A DNA stretch of 64,000 bases from Squalus acanthias (taxonomy: Eukaryota), in the NCBI GenBank assembly GCA_030390025.1, contig CM059433.1:23004001-23068000 (forward strand), written 5' to 3'. Under the pieces are notes generated by a model. That model made no database searches and was not told where the DNA came from. It was given only the letters and a program-made list of their open reading frames with translations. Positions 12,626 through 24,742 of the stretch are shown here, in pieces; position 1 is the stretch's first letter, and the number at the start of each line of letters is the position of its first letter. A program made the position numbers and the translations under genes.

Positions 12626-13819
12626 GAGGATAAGCGGTGTAGCTGTTGAGTTGCTTGGAGGTCGCCTTCAGAGCCAGCAATGTTGAGAATGAAGTTGTTC
12701 AGAATGATTGAACCTCCCCTTTAAGAACTGAAAGGAGCCAATGTGAATGATGAGTCCCGATTGGACTGCACCTGAAATTGGTTATCGCTCTGCAGGTAGC
12801 GCCCCGCTCTCTGTGTTTAGCGCCCAAAGTTAGCTGATTATCACTTGATTTAACCCTCCAGCTCTTTCTTGGAGCGCTAACAATCAATTTAGCGGGAGGT
12901 CAGAAGGATTAGCGCTTGGCGCTAACTCTGCAACCTTTTAAAATTTAGTGCCCCAACCAGGACGATACCGAATTTCTAGCCCTAACAGTGTAATTAATTG
13001 CAGAACTCACTTAAGCCGTAATTTCTTGGGACTTTTATGTTGTAAAATGAACCCAACGGCATAAATGCAAGATTTCAATGGCGCACGTCTACAAAAAGTG
13101 CTGGGCCATTAGGTGGATGGCTCTTAAAAGAACAAGGTTATCTCCATGGTGTCTGGTCCCAGTGGGAAACCTCCTGATAGCAGAAGAGCTGTGGGTCTGG
13201 GGGAACAACAGGAATGAACCAAATGCTTTAGTTGCCATTGCCCCTGTATTTGTCGGCCTCTCACAAACTCCTCAAAATCATACAGGGTGTTTGGAACTCC
13301 TAAAGGAGCAACCATCCTCACCACATTACTTGGTGCGATTGAAATATCAGTAGCAACCAAGAATAATGAAAGAAAGCATTGGCAGGGGAAAAAACCCAAA
13401 AGTGCTAAAATGGCAGATTATTCAACAAAACAAACATGGAGCAAAATGCAGCAAAATATAATTGAAATGGTAACCAAAAAGAAAGACTTTAACTGGTAAC
13501 TAAAATTATCATCATCCCTTGAGAACCCATCTTGAACAAGGCAGGACCCAGGACTCCCATGCACCCAGGATACAAAGACAAGGGGGGATAAATTCGTGTG
13601 GTGTGCACCACATGTTAGCGCCACAAGATGGCGCTAAAATGCCGTTGACAGCTGTAACGGCAGCTGATGCTGGTTCCAGCGCCGCACGTCATATCGGTGT
13701 TGCCAGTAGCGACACATCATCATGTTTCAATTTCTTCTTGGCTGCACACCAGCCTAACTTTGTAACCTTGTGCAGCCCTACACCCTCTCTCCCCGCCTCA
13801 GAGCTCTCCGTTCCTCTGA

Positions 13820-14176
13820 CTCTGGACTCTTGCTCCATTGGTGGCAGTGCCTTTAGCCACCTAGACCACACGCTCTGGAATTCCCTTCCTGAACCCTTTG
13901 TGCTGGATTTTGATACTGGGGTGGGTTGGGGTCGTGTTATCCACTTTTCGTGTTATCCACCTGACTGCAATTGGATGTGGGAGATTGATGCAATTTTCAC
14001 CTAATTGGGCAATTGAGTTCCAGCATGTGGGAACCCATGAACCAATTAGTGTTTTCAGTCTGAAAGTCGCCTCTGATGATGTCATCATTGCTGCTGCATT
14101 GAAGGTCTTCAGAGACTGCCTGGCCTTTGCTGTGAGAGGACCTGGATGCAAAATGAGCAGCAGCAGCCCTAAGCAC

Positions 14177-14212
<36 letters not shown>

Positions 14213-14560
14213 AGCCAAATGTGCTCCCGCCAGGTTTCACAATCGTGGTTCAGAACAGGCGTGCTTCACGTAGAATAAGACTTGTGCCCGCCCGCCAGTT
14301 TTCGCAATTTTAACCCCCACATGCCTCCAAACCCGCCGCCACGGGTCAATGAAAATCTAGCCCTTTCTGACTCTCCACCTCCTTCTCCTCCTTTAGAACC
14401 TTCCTTAAAATCCATCTCATTTACCAAGCTTTTGGTCATCATTCCGACTATCTCCTCCTTTGGCTTGGCATCCATTTTATTTTTAATACACCTCTGTGAA
14501 GCACCTTGGGATGTTTTTCAATGTTAAAAGTGCTATATAAATGCAAATTGTTGTTGTAAA
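13820..14560 (+). mobile_element. L2 LINE 3' end interrupted by a MITE
   Basis: CTCTGGAATTCCCT..CTGTGAAGCACCTTGGGATGTTTT..GCTATATAAATGCAA(TTG)n; matches 21190-21670 and 61022-61905. Confidence 0.75.
13900..14363. mobile_element. Harbinger-type MITE containing a (GA)n microsatellite
   Basis: Termini GTGCTGGATTTT / AAAATCTAGCCC; TTT TSD; (GA)n at ~14180-14209. Confidence 0.7.
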
Positions 14561-16997
14561 CTGTTCAGTTGACTGCAAAATAATCTGTTGTTTTACCTCC
14601 GCTGCAATAGTGGCTCGTTACGTCGAACTTATGAAATTGTGGCTCAATTCCAATTGTTCCGAGAGAAGCACCCAACCATTGAAGAATGGCTTTTTGTGTG
14701 GAAACAATACTTCACATTCGAGAAATAATTAACTTTAACCGAGGAAGCAGCTTTCATGGAGGGAGCACTTGTGATGGATTCTGATCCTTTGGTAATTGGG
14801 AAAGCTTTCGGAAATCAAAATAGGCAGCCGTGTAGACAAGTGAATACACCTGCACAGCATCGTTGAGGTAAGCTTGGAATATTTTGGTATTCTAAAATGG
14901 ATAGCCTTTGTCGTCAGGGAAACAAACCATGAATGTGGTCTCACTGGTATAGATAAATTCCACAAAATATGAACTCGGTACTCTGTATTGCCTGGAAAGG
15001 AGCGCTGTGAATTCTTGATGTAAGACAGAGCAGAAGGTGAGCAGAGATACAGGGAGGCAGCTGTCAACAAATGGTATCTGGTTTGACCATATTGTATGTA
15101 CCCAAGAGATTCTAACACGGCTATGAAAATCTCTTTATAATAGCCTTCGCAGGACTGATTAATGAGGTAGAATACTGCATGCCACAATATGCTTTTGAGC
15201 TACTGAAGGCTTAAACAATGTTTTCTTCCAAGATTTTCCATTATCACTTTTCTACATCACCCTGAATGCGAAAATTGTAAACCAAGTGGCAGGTAATCCA
15301 CCATCTGCTTAGTTCAGATGTTGCTTAATTGACCAGATGCTCATCCTAGCAGCAGTCCATGCCCATAAAACTGAACCTCATCTATGGAATGAACAGAAAC
15401 CTTTTCGGGTTAATATCTTAGCGGATTTTCATATTTACCCTATGCCTATACAAACTTCATTGTGCAGGTATTATTGTTTGAGATGTGTAGGCACACAAAA
15501 ATATTGGGGCCGACAATCTCTGGGCCTTCCAGTGCACTTCTGCTGTGACCCCAGTGGCTTTACGATGGAAGGGAGCAAGTCGGGGACAGGATTGGTGGCC
15601 AGTACGCCCACTGAGAAGAGGCTCACCAGCCTGCTGTATGTTGGGGTTGTGGGGCTCACCTTGTGGATCTAGACCAAAGACCCTGGCCTGGACCCCCAAA
15701 GATGTAGCTCAGATTATTGTTATATTGGCCCCCCTTAGGTACGCCCATCTTTTTTTCCTGGAAGGGAGGCTGACATCCCCAAGCCCCAGAACCAGCACCA
15801 CTTGCTACAGCTGGAACCTGCAGAGGGAAGCAGGCGCCCAAGATTCAATCATAATGGTGCCAGAAGCATTAATTTAGGTGACCATCCCCTGATACTGCAA
15901 ACTCCGGCAGGTCAATGCGATCCCGGCGCGAGTGGGTTTGCAGTCCCATAAGTAGTACATACAGGTACAAGAATATTGAAAAATAAACAAAATAAGTTGA
16001 ATATATATGTCTGCATGCACTTCCTGACTATCATACTTCCTGGAGCTGAAGTACATTGGGCACTTGCTCCTCGAATTACCAGATACAAAGGCCTACGGTT
16101 TGTGCTATACCAACGCAGCCAGCCAGGTACAAAGGTTCTGGGAGTCAACACGCAAACTGTGAGCAAAGCTTATTAGGGCCACCAAAAAAATGTATTTTAA
16201 TGACCCCCCTCTATAATGCAATAAGAATGCCTGACAAATGTTCTAGGCACAAAATGCCAGTTTGGAACTGGCCCCGGTCACTCTCTGTGAGAACCTTTGT
16301 TAATAATTTTACTTGGAGACCTCAGCCTCCCTCAAAAGCCTGAATTTGTGGTTGATAGTTTCCCCAGAGCTATCACCCTGCACTTACAATTCCCTCAGTG
16401 CTCCAATCTAAACAGCAGCATCTTCCACCAGATTCCTGTTGGAAAGGGGGCGAAGCCTCTGACTCCAATATAAATGGAGTTGAGATACAGATCAGCCAGC
16501 ATCTAATTGAATGGCGAAGCAGGCTCAAAGAGCTAAAGGCCTGCTCCTGTTCCTACGTTCCTACCCAAACAAGGTCACCGATACAGAAGGGACATGGCAA
16601 AGGGTGCTTTGGGCAAGTACCCCCTATGTCGGAAGTCCCTGCATTCCTACCATGGGTAATGCTGGAGAATCAGCCACTGGTACGCCCAGAAAACGGAGCT
16701 ATTCTGACCTCACCAGTGGCAGTTGTGGGGCTCACCTTGGGGATCTATATGACGTGGCTGGAGCCCTGAAGATTACTTCTATGGCAATATTATTTTGGCC
16801 CCCTTACAATTGGCAGCTGAAACTTTCTTTAGCGGGGGGTGGGGGGAGCTCCTAGTGGTGTGGGGACTGCAAAATAATGGGCCTCCTGCTAACTTTGACC
16901 AGGTCAGTGACAGAGGTCCTGAGCAACTGAGATCCTGGCATAAAAGCTGAGGTCACTAAGCTCATCCATTTTCAGGGCCTGAGAGTTTATAGAATAT

Positions 16998-17715
16998 TGG
17001 GTGGAGTTTCCACATTGGCTGCAATTGGCAATCTGGGCGCAAATTGTGCTTGAAATTGCATTGATTTTCCGAAGTGAAGTTATGGTTCAAGTTTCCACCC
17101 AAATTCATTTGCATAACAAGAAACGTAAAATCTTGCATGAACCAGCGCATTCGGGCAGCGCAATAGAGCATAATCTTTTTTTTTTCCTATCATTAAAAGT
17201 ATTCCTTGATGTATTTATGAGTGGTAACCTGTTGCAGATTTATTAATACAGCTGAAACTGGGTTTATCACACAAATAATAAGCATCTAGTCCACCACCTA
17301 TGAGCAATCCAATTTTAAATCACTGAAAATGACTTAAAAAAAAACTATACAGGACAATTTACTAGTTTCATTGGTGTACACTAGTCAGTTTCTTAGTAAA
17401 TTAAATTTTTAAAAATATTTATAAACTTTTAAAACATGCCTATTAGTGCCTTTGCCCCAAAAATGAGTTTAATTTAAGGAACCTCCTCGAACCGTCGCAA
17501 ATGGATGTAATCGGCAGAAACTCGCCATGCTGATTATTTCGATCGGGGATGTGGCCAGTTTTGTGGGCGGGGACGGCTTCCAGCGCAATGTTTTTTAAAC
17601 CGGCCTTAAAGATCGCGGAAACTCGAGTTACAACCTCCGCTTAAAATTCCTCGATCTTTTACGCTGGTTTGGCCAATTTCAGGCGAATTGCGCAAAATAG
17701 CGGAAACTCTGGGCC
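16998..17715. mobile_element. Harbinger-type MITE
   Basis: Termini GGGTGGAGTTTCC / GGAAACTCTGGGCC; GC-rich ends, AT-rich centre. Confidence 0.55.
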
Positions 17716-17844
17716 AAAATGTATTTCTTTCTGACATTGGAAAAGTCAAATGTGTCTTTGCTCATTGTTTCAGTTTCTTTATCAAATGATTTCAAACCTG
17801 GCTGGAAGCTGAATCTGAATTATTGGGTCAGGCTTTGCTGAACC

Positions 17845-18420
17845 AGGGCCTTGGTGAGACCACACCTGGAGTACTGTGTGCAGCTTTGGTCTCCTTACCT
17901 AAGAAAGGATATACTTGCCATAGAGGGAGTGCAGCGAAGGTTCACCAGACTAATTCCTGGGATGGCAGGACTGTCGTATGAGAGATTGGGTCGACTAGGC
18001 CTGTATTCACTAGAATTTAGAAGAATGAGAGGGGATCTCATTGAAACATATAAAATTCTGACAAGGCTAGACAGACTGGATGCAGGGAGGATGTTTCCCC
18101 TGGCTGGGGGGTCTAGAACGAGGGGTCACAGTCTCAGGATACGGGGTAGGACATTTAGGACTGAGATGAGGAGAAATTTCTTCACTCAGAGGGTGGTGAA
18201 CCTGTGGAATTCTCTACCACAGAAGGCTGTGGAGGCCAAGTCACTGAATATATTTAAGAAGGAGATAGATAAATTTCAAGACACAAAAGGCATCAAGGGG
18301 CATGGGGAAAGAGCGGGAATATGGTATTGAGATAGAGGATTAGCCATGATCATATTGAATGGCGGAGCAGGCTCGAAGGGCTGAATAGCCTACCGCTGCT
18401 CTTATTATTTTGTTCTATGA
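17845..18420 (+). mobile_element. CR1 LINE 3' fragment
   Basis: LVRPHLEYCVQLWSPY...RRNFFTQRVVNLWNSLP; CR1 3' UTR and TTCTATG tail. Confidence 0.92.
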
Positions 18421-18829
18421 ATGTTTTTCTGTCGAAGATTTGGGGTTTCTCCTGATTGGCTGCTGGCCACAGCAATTGCAAGAAGACCCCTGCCAGTTTT
18501 TTATTTTAGCTCCAGCAGTAGTTTAAGATCTTTTTCTTAAAGCCACGGTTACAGTGTCAGCACTTGCTGTTTGTAAGCTCCATCTCCTTGAAGTTGAGTG
18601 GAAAAAACAATCCTGGAAGCATGGGAGATAATTGATTTTTTTTATGAGTAAAAATCTGAAAACAAGTTAAACCAATAACTTTCGGACTTTTATAAAGAAA
18701 CACATAATTTACAATTTTCATTGAAAAGTGGACAGAATCACAAAACTCCATCCCAAAAATGCCATAAAAATCCCAGATGACCAAGTAATAAAATAACAAT
18801 TTAATTTATCAGTCACCCTGAATATGATA

Positions 18830-19236
18830 CATTCATTCACAGGATGTGGGCGTCGCTGGCAAGGCCAGCATTTATTGCCCATCCCTAATTGCCCTTGAGA
18901 AGATAGTGGTAAGCCACCTTATACAACTGAGTGGCTTGCTAGGCCATTTCAGAGGGTAGTTAAGAGTCAACCACATTGCTGTGGGTCTGGAGTCACATAT
19001 AGGCCAAACTGGGTAAGGATGGCAGATTTCCTTCCCTAAAGGACATTAGTGAACCTGATGGGTTTTTACAACAATCCGGTAGTTTCATGGTCACCATTAC
19101 TAATGCTTGCTTTATATTCCAGATTTATTTAAATTCCCCAGCTACCATGGTAGGATTTGAACTCATGTCTCCAGATCATTAGTCCAGGCCTTTGGATTAC
19201 GAGTCCAATAACATAACCACTAAGCTACTGTAGCCC
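18830..19236 (-). mobile_element. tRNA-derived SINE (MetaSINE-like), near full length
   Basis: tRNA-like head; central GGTTCACTAATGTCCTTTAGGGAAGGAAATCTGCC domain; tail shared with the LINE at 50180-51056; (GAAT)n end. Confidence 0.75.
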
Positions 19237-19401
19237 TGCGAGAGGGTTTTCCCAGTCATCTGTCACAACTTTGGTGAAAGATCTGCAGAAACCCCAGAGA
19301 AGCAGCATAGAACCTGACTGTTGCAGTTGATGTTTCGTTGGTTGGCCAGCTCTGCAATTGTTACAGCGTCAATGATTTCCAATGTGGCTGCATCAAATAG
19401 G

Positions 19402-19687
19402 AGAAGTCGCACAACACCAGGTTATAGTCCAACAGTTTTATTTAAAATTACGAGCTTTCGGAGCTGCTGCCCCTTCGTCAGGTAAAGGTACAGTGAGGGA
19501 ATCTATTACACAGTATATATACACAGAGAGCAATTTGTCTGCAGAGATACAATCTGTTAGGAAGGCATTACATCAAAGACACATCAGAGTACAGCTAAGA
19601 CAATGAGGTGGGTCACAGGGGATCCAACGTGTCAAATGCTGCCATCTGCTGTTGAGCGTTTAACTTTTTTTTTGTTTTTTTTTGGCA
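19402..19687 (-). mobile_element. Penelope 3' fragment (family A) with hammerhead core, single arm
   Basis: Reverse strand CTGACGAAGGGGCAGCAGCTCCGAAAGCTCGTAA; flanking repeat GCATCAAATAGG at 19390-19401 and 19688-19699. Confidence 0.7.
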
Positions 19688-20255
19688 GCATCAAATAGGG
19701 GAAGGGGTCAGTATTCAGTCGTTCCAGCACGACTGGTGAATTCAAATGAAGCCGGAGCCTCAAAGTCACAGGGGTCTTGGCCACCGGAATGGGAGGCCGA
19801 CTAGCGCTGGTCGGTCGCCCAAGAACCACAATCTACCGCATAGCTACATTGATTCAGGTGCCCATTTTACATCCCTCAGGATTTTCATTTGAGAAATTTA
19901 TAACGGGCAGCTGAATCTATATTGCCCATGTTACACTATCACCCAAAATCTAAATTACCCAAACTGAGTCCCTCAATAATGTGCCTACATCCTCATGCAT
20001 GCCATGAATAGTATCTGGACCAACTTTTCTCAGCCTAAAGCCCTGTGTTTGCATGTTTCTGCGGTAGAAGGCTGAGAAACAAAAGAGGCAGAGGCACGTT
20101 ATGGCAGGTTTCTGCCTCCTTTCTGCTTGATATACGTTTCCTGGGGCATCCCAGGGCATGGATGCAAATGTTCCTGCAGGGGGCAGTATTTAAATTGAAT
20201 CTTCATGGTGTGGGTGCAACATCAAAACACCTTCCTCATTAGTTTATGAAACAAA

Positions 20256-20989
20256 GGCCTGTATTTTCCGAGCGCAGGCCTCCCGCGGGCGGAGGCCTGC
20301 GATCTGGAAAAATCTACGCCCTTACCTGAGGGCTCTCGGGACGCACACACTTCCGCTGCTGGGCCTCTCCAAACTGCCAGTGTGCAGGGCCCACGTATCC
20401 CAGAGGCGCAGGTAGTTCGCAGCGTCCCTGGGATCACATGGGCCATGGGGAGCCAATCACAGAAGGGAATCTCCCTTCATACACTTGATAGGAAGACCTG
20501 TCAAATATATGAATGGAGATCACCCCAAAAACAGAGTAAAACTTTAAATAAATTTAAAAAAAATCACATTTTTAAAATGACTTGAAATTACCATAAATTA
20601 AGTATATTAAACAAAAATTTTGAAAAAAATAATTAAAGTTTTTTACGGGGCTAAAAATAAACTTACCTTTTTTAAAGTACTTTTAAATGATACATCAGTG
20701 GAATTTTTTTGAACTCTTATCCTGGTAAAAGCAGGCCTTACAGCTGCTTTTACCAGGCGTAAGAATTGTAAGGGTTTTCTGTGGGTGGAGGGTCTCCAAA
20801 AAGCGGAACTATCCGCCCGCAGAGGCCCTTCTCCAGGGCAGGCGGAGGATCTGTCAAGACCATTCTTGACAGACCGGAAATGCCGGTTTTCAGCGCATGC
20901 GCTGTGCATGCCTGAAACCGGCATTTCCGATGTCCCTACGGGTGGGTACACAGCGCATACACACCCGTAGGCATCGGAATATCTGGGCC
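20256..20989. mobile_element. Harbinger-type MITE (same family as 8057-8813)
   Basis: End-to-end similarity to 8057-8813, same orientation. Confidence 0.85.
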
Positions 20990-21189
20990 ATTATGTTTCC
21001 CTACTTGATGTAGCAAAATTCTGGTTTTGATGCATGCTCATGTCTACATTGACAATAGGTTCACTACTGACATCTAGTGGTAGCGCAGCACAAATGTTCT
21101 TTTTGCGCGTGTAAATCTTCCAAGCCATGCTTCACTGAGATAAAACTGAAATTTGCCCAAATCTGACAATTCTCATCCTTGACTTTTTA

Positions 21190-21670
21190 ACTCTGCTTCC
21201 TGTATCATAACTCGCACCAAGTCCCGTTCATCCATCACCCCTGTGCTCGCTGACTTCCATTGGCTCCCAGTCTGGCAATGCCTGCATTTTAAAATTCTCA
21301 TCACTGTTTTCAAATCCCTCCATGGCCTCGCCCCTCCCTATCTTTGTAAACTCCTCCAGCCCTACTACCCTCCGAGATCTCTGCGCTCCTCTAATTCTGG
21401 CCTATCGTGCATCCGTAATTTTCAACGCTCCACCATTGGTGGCCGTGTCTTCAGCTGCCGAGGCCCTAACCTCTGGAATTCCCTCCCTAAACCTCTCCAC
21501 CGCTCTACCACTCTCTCCTCCTTTAAGACGCTCCTTAAAACCTACCTCACCTGTCCTAATATCGCTTTTTGTGGCTCGGTGTCAAATTTTGTTTGCTAAC
21601 GCTCCTATGAAGTGCCTTGGGATGTTTTACTATGTTAAAACCGCTGTATAAAGGCAAGTTGTTGTTGTTG
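21190..21670 (+). mobile_element. L2 LINE 3' fragment
   Basis: PVLADFHWLPV..FKILITVFKSLHGLAPPYL..RSLRSS..GPNLWNSLP; (GTT)n tail. Confidence 0.88.
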
Positions 21671-22384
21671 ACTTTAAGCCAATTTTGGGCATCGCCAATA
21701 ATGATAAAACCCTGTATTGTGTTCAGGTTAAATGCCTCATCTATTATGTTAAAAATGCAACAAAGTAAGTTTTTGGTAACCTGACCTGTGTTGTTGCTTT
21801 GTTGCTCTCCCAATGTTAATGTACATCAGTAGTGTACAGATGGTCCCTGTGCAATTAGAGCCTTTGGACTATTTGCCAGCCGTACAAATTCAAAACCAAA
21901 GGTTAGACAAAAGTCCTGTACTGTTAAAAAAGCTAAGATCACTCTTGTGTTTTCTCTTGAACAAAAAAAACATGAGGAGAATGCTGTAGGGCATAAGCAT
22001 AATGATTATAGAACAATAGGCATGGTCGTGAGGGACTGTCTTATACGATGATTAACACGTCAGTGAATTTAGACAGCTTATTTACAATTGACAAGTAAGA
22101 ACATTGCTTGTAGTTTGCAAAATGACAATGCCAGTTTTGTAGCACTAATTTCATCTACTTTGGTCCTAATACTTTCTGTTTTGCACCATTCCCATCTATG
22201 CACCAATATTTGCATTTATGCAACTTGATCTGTGGTGCCAAAAAAATTATATGGCTGCAGCTTTAGATCAAATGTTGAGATGCAAATTGTGCATATCAGT
22301 GATGGTGTTCAGTTTAGGTTCTTGTGATGCAGAAGGTCCGACATATAAAATGATCCGGTCCGGGACATAAAAAACAGTCCCTCA

Positions 22385-22693
22385 ACCTGTTGTGGACACA
22401 AGTACTGATTAGGATTATCAAATGCCTCCGATGAAGGAATAGAGAGCTGTATATCCTAGTTTGCTGACGACACTAAGTTAGGTGGCGCAGTAAGTAGTGT
22501 AGATGGGAGCAGAAAGTTGCAAAGGGACATTGATAGATTAAATGAGTGGGAAAAACTGTGGCAGATGGAGTTCAACATGGGGAAGTGTGAGGTCATCCAC
22601 TTTGGACCTAAGAAAGATAGATCAGTGTATTTTCTACATAATGAGCAATCAGGAACTGTGGAAGATCACAGAGATTTAACGGTCCATGTACAG
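22385..22693 (+). mobile_element. CR1 RT fragment (5' part; continues at 28805)
   Basis: FADDTKLGG..LQRDIDRLNEW..WQMEFN..KCEVIHFG, ending at GTCCATGTACAG. Confidence 0.85.
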
Positions 22694-22734
22694 TAGGGTT
22701 GCCAAATCTGGTTGGGGGCATTCCTGGAGGTTTG

Positions 22735-22812
22735 ATCACGTGACATTCTGACCACATGACATCTGGCCATGTGATGCCCGATCACATGACATTTGATCAC
22801 ATGGCACCTGAT
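22735..22812. promoter_or_regulatory. Tandem E-box array (15-16 bp period)
   Basis: CACGTG 22737, CACATG 22753, CATGTG 22768, CACATG 22783, CACATG 22798, CACCTG 22805. Confidence 0.5.
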
Positions 22813-22844
22813 TACATAACTTTTACAAATGTTACTGCATTTAC

Positions 22845-22963
22845 CTTATAAAGGTTGGGTCCCCTGCAGTTGAATATTTTTGCTCGTGGTTTCGCGCCAA
22901 CAGCTGTTGTGCGACAAGTTACAAGAACCAGGAGGCCACCCGTGAGCAGGCGAAGGGAAGAAA
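22845..22963 (-). other. Exon-like segment with signal-peptide-like translation
   Basis: Polypyrimidine plus CAG acceptor and AAG|GTAAAT donor; one open frame SSLRLLTGGLLVLVTCRTTAVGAKPRAKIFNCRGPNLYK. Confidence 0.4.
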
Positions 22964-23377
22964 CTGAGAGTGGGGAAAAGGGGAAACTGAGGCTGGAGAA
23001 GAGGGGAAATTGAGAGAGCGGAAGAGATAAAGTCGAAGGCGGGGAAGAGGGGAATCCAAAGGTGGGGGAATGATTCACAGAGGGAAAACCAGAGGTGGGA
23101 GGAGCTTTGATTCCACCAGTAACTAATGGTAACTCACGGAAATTGTACTGATAACTAATAATAAGGGGTAACACTCACATTCCCCTCATAAGCAACAGTA
23201 ATACAATAGCTCACTATATTTAACTGGTAGTAATAGGCGTAATGCCCTGATATCCTACCTGTAACTAGTAATAATCCTATAACCTGCTGATATTCACCCT
23301 GAAACCGTAGCCAGAATCCCCCTGCACTGCACAAGGTGCGGTCAGGCTCCCCAGTCGATGCCACTTTTAATAGACCT

Positions 23378-24038
23378 GGGGGGGGGAATTCGGTTGCTTT
23401 GCGCCTCCCGTTAGTGCCCTAACTAACGGGGCACAAAGCAACTAACGCCCGGGCGCGGCGCCTCCAGCGCCTCCCGCGAAATTCAGCGGGAGGTTATCGG
23501 TGGAGCTAACCGTTAGCGCCCCGCTCGCACCCCGGCCGCGATCTTCGGTAGCGCCCCCTGACTTACCGCCGGACGCTATGTCCAACGGGATCGGGGGGCC
23601 TACCTGCGGCCGGGGCGGCGTTATTTACAGGCGAGGTGCCGGGCGGCCATTTTTGTTGCTGGCTGCCTGCCAGCACCTGCCTCCGCTGCCGTCCCCGGTA
23701 TCCTGACCCACACCCCCACGGAATGCCGGCTGCACTCAAGAAAAGTGCCGGGCTCTTTTGCCGGCACTCCGATCCCCGGTGGCCCAGCTGGGCCTCGGGT
23801 CACGCTGCGCAAGGCCCCTGCTGTTTAAGAAGTCTTGCAATACTACGGCACGTAACACCGTGATATTCCCTCGCAGCGCCCCAAGAGGGAAGCGGGGCGT
23901 TTCCTGTAGCGCCCCGCTTCCCTCTTGGGACACTACCACTTAATTTTGGCTGCGGGGGCGCTAATTTTTCCAGGGCACTAAAAGTAGCGCCCCGGTGAAG
24001 TTAGCGCCCCAAAGGGGGCGCAACTCAATTTTTCCCCC
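23378..24038. mobile_element. GC-rich Harbinger-type MITE (related to 51148-51637, opposite orientation)
   Basis: Termini GGGGGGAATTCGGTTGC / CAATTTTTCCCCC; subterminal TAGCGCC repeats shared with the element at 8900. Confidence 0.8.
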
Positions 24039-24058
24039 TTAATCTCTCTCCATATCTC

Positions 24059-24246
24059 AAAAGCAAAATACTGCGGATGCTGGAAATCTGAAATAAAAAC
24101 AGAAAATGCTGGAAATACTCAGCAGGTCAGGCAACATCTGTGGAAAGAGATGACGAAAGGTCATCGACCTGAAACGTTAACTCTGTTACTCTCTCCACAG
24201 ATGCTGCCTGAACTGCTGAGTATTTCCAGCATTTTCTGTTTTTATT
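24059..24246. mobile_element. Penelope-derived hairpin insertion (family B) with hammerhead core in the loop
   Basis: ~60-bp inverted arms 24090-24150 and 24190-24248; TSD TCTCTCCATATCTC at 24045-24058 and 24247-24260; arm matches the Penelope end at 36778-36880. Confidence 0.82.
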
Positions 24247-24273
24247 TCTCTCCATATCTCCTTGGATTCCATA

Positions 24274-24742
24274 AGAACATAAGAAAATAAGAAATAGGAG
24301 CAGGAGTATGCCATACGGCCCCTTGAGCCTGAATCAATAAGATCATGACTGATCTTCAACCTCAACTCACTTTCTCGCCCGATCTCCATATCCTTTGTTT
24401 CCCTTAGAGTCCAAAAATCTATCAATCTCAGCCTTGACTATACTCAACGACTGAGCACCCACAGCCCTCTAGGGTAGAAAATTCCAAAGATTCACAACTT
24501 TCTGAGTGAAGAAATTCCTCCTCATCTCAGTCCTAAATGGTCGACCACTTATCCTGAGACTATGCCCCCTCGTTCTAGAGTCTCCAGCCAGGGGAAACAG
24601 CTTCTTAGCATCTATTCTGTCAAGACCTCTCAGAATCTTATATGTTTCAATGAGATCACCTCTCATTCTTCTAAACTCCTGAGAGTGTAGGCCCAATCTA
24701 CTCAATCTCTCCTCATGGTACAATCCTGTCATCCCAGGAATT
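24274..24742 (-). mobile_element. CR1 LINE 3' fragment
   Basis: IPGMTGL..EERLSRLGL..RRNFFTQKVVNLWN; CATAAGAA tail repeats. Confidence 0.9.

Larger units (their letters stand above)
8900..12982. mobile_element. Full-length PIF/Harbinger transposon (inactivated)
   Basis: TIR GGGGGAGAAATTCGGTAT vs GGGCTAGAAATTCGGTAT (16/18); TAA TSD at 8897-8899 and 12983-12985; two convergent genes. Confidence 0.92.

Noticed and set aside
13130..13500. Lys-rich short ORFs as a host exon
   Set aside because: No recognisable domain or convincing pair of splice sites
15648..15675. Insulin B-chain-like CGAHLVD
   Set aside because: No second Cys at the expected spacing, no signal peptide or A chain, and a stop follows shortly
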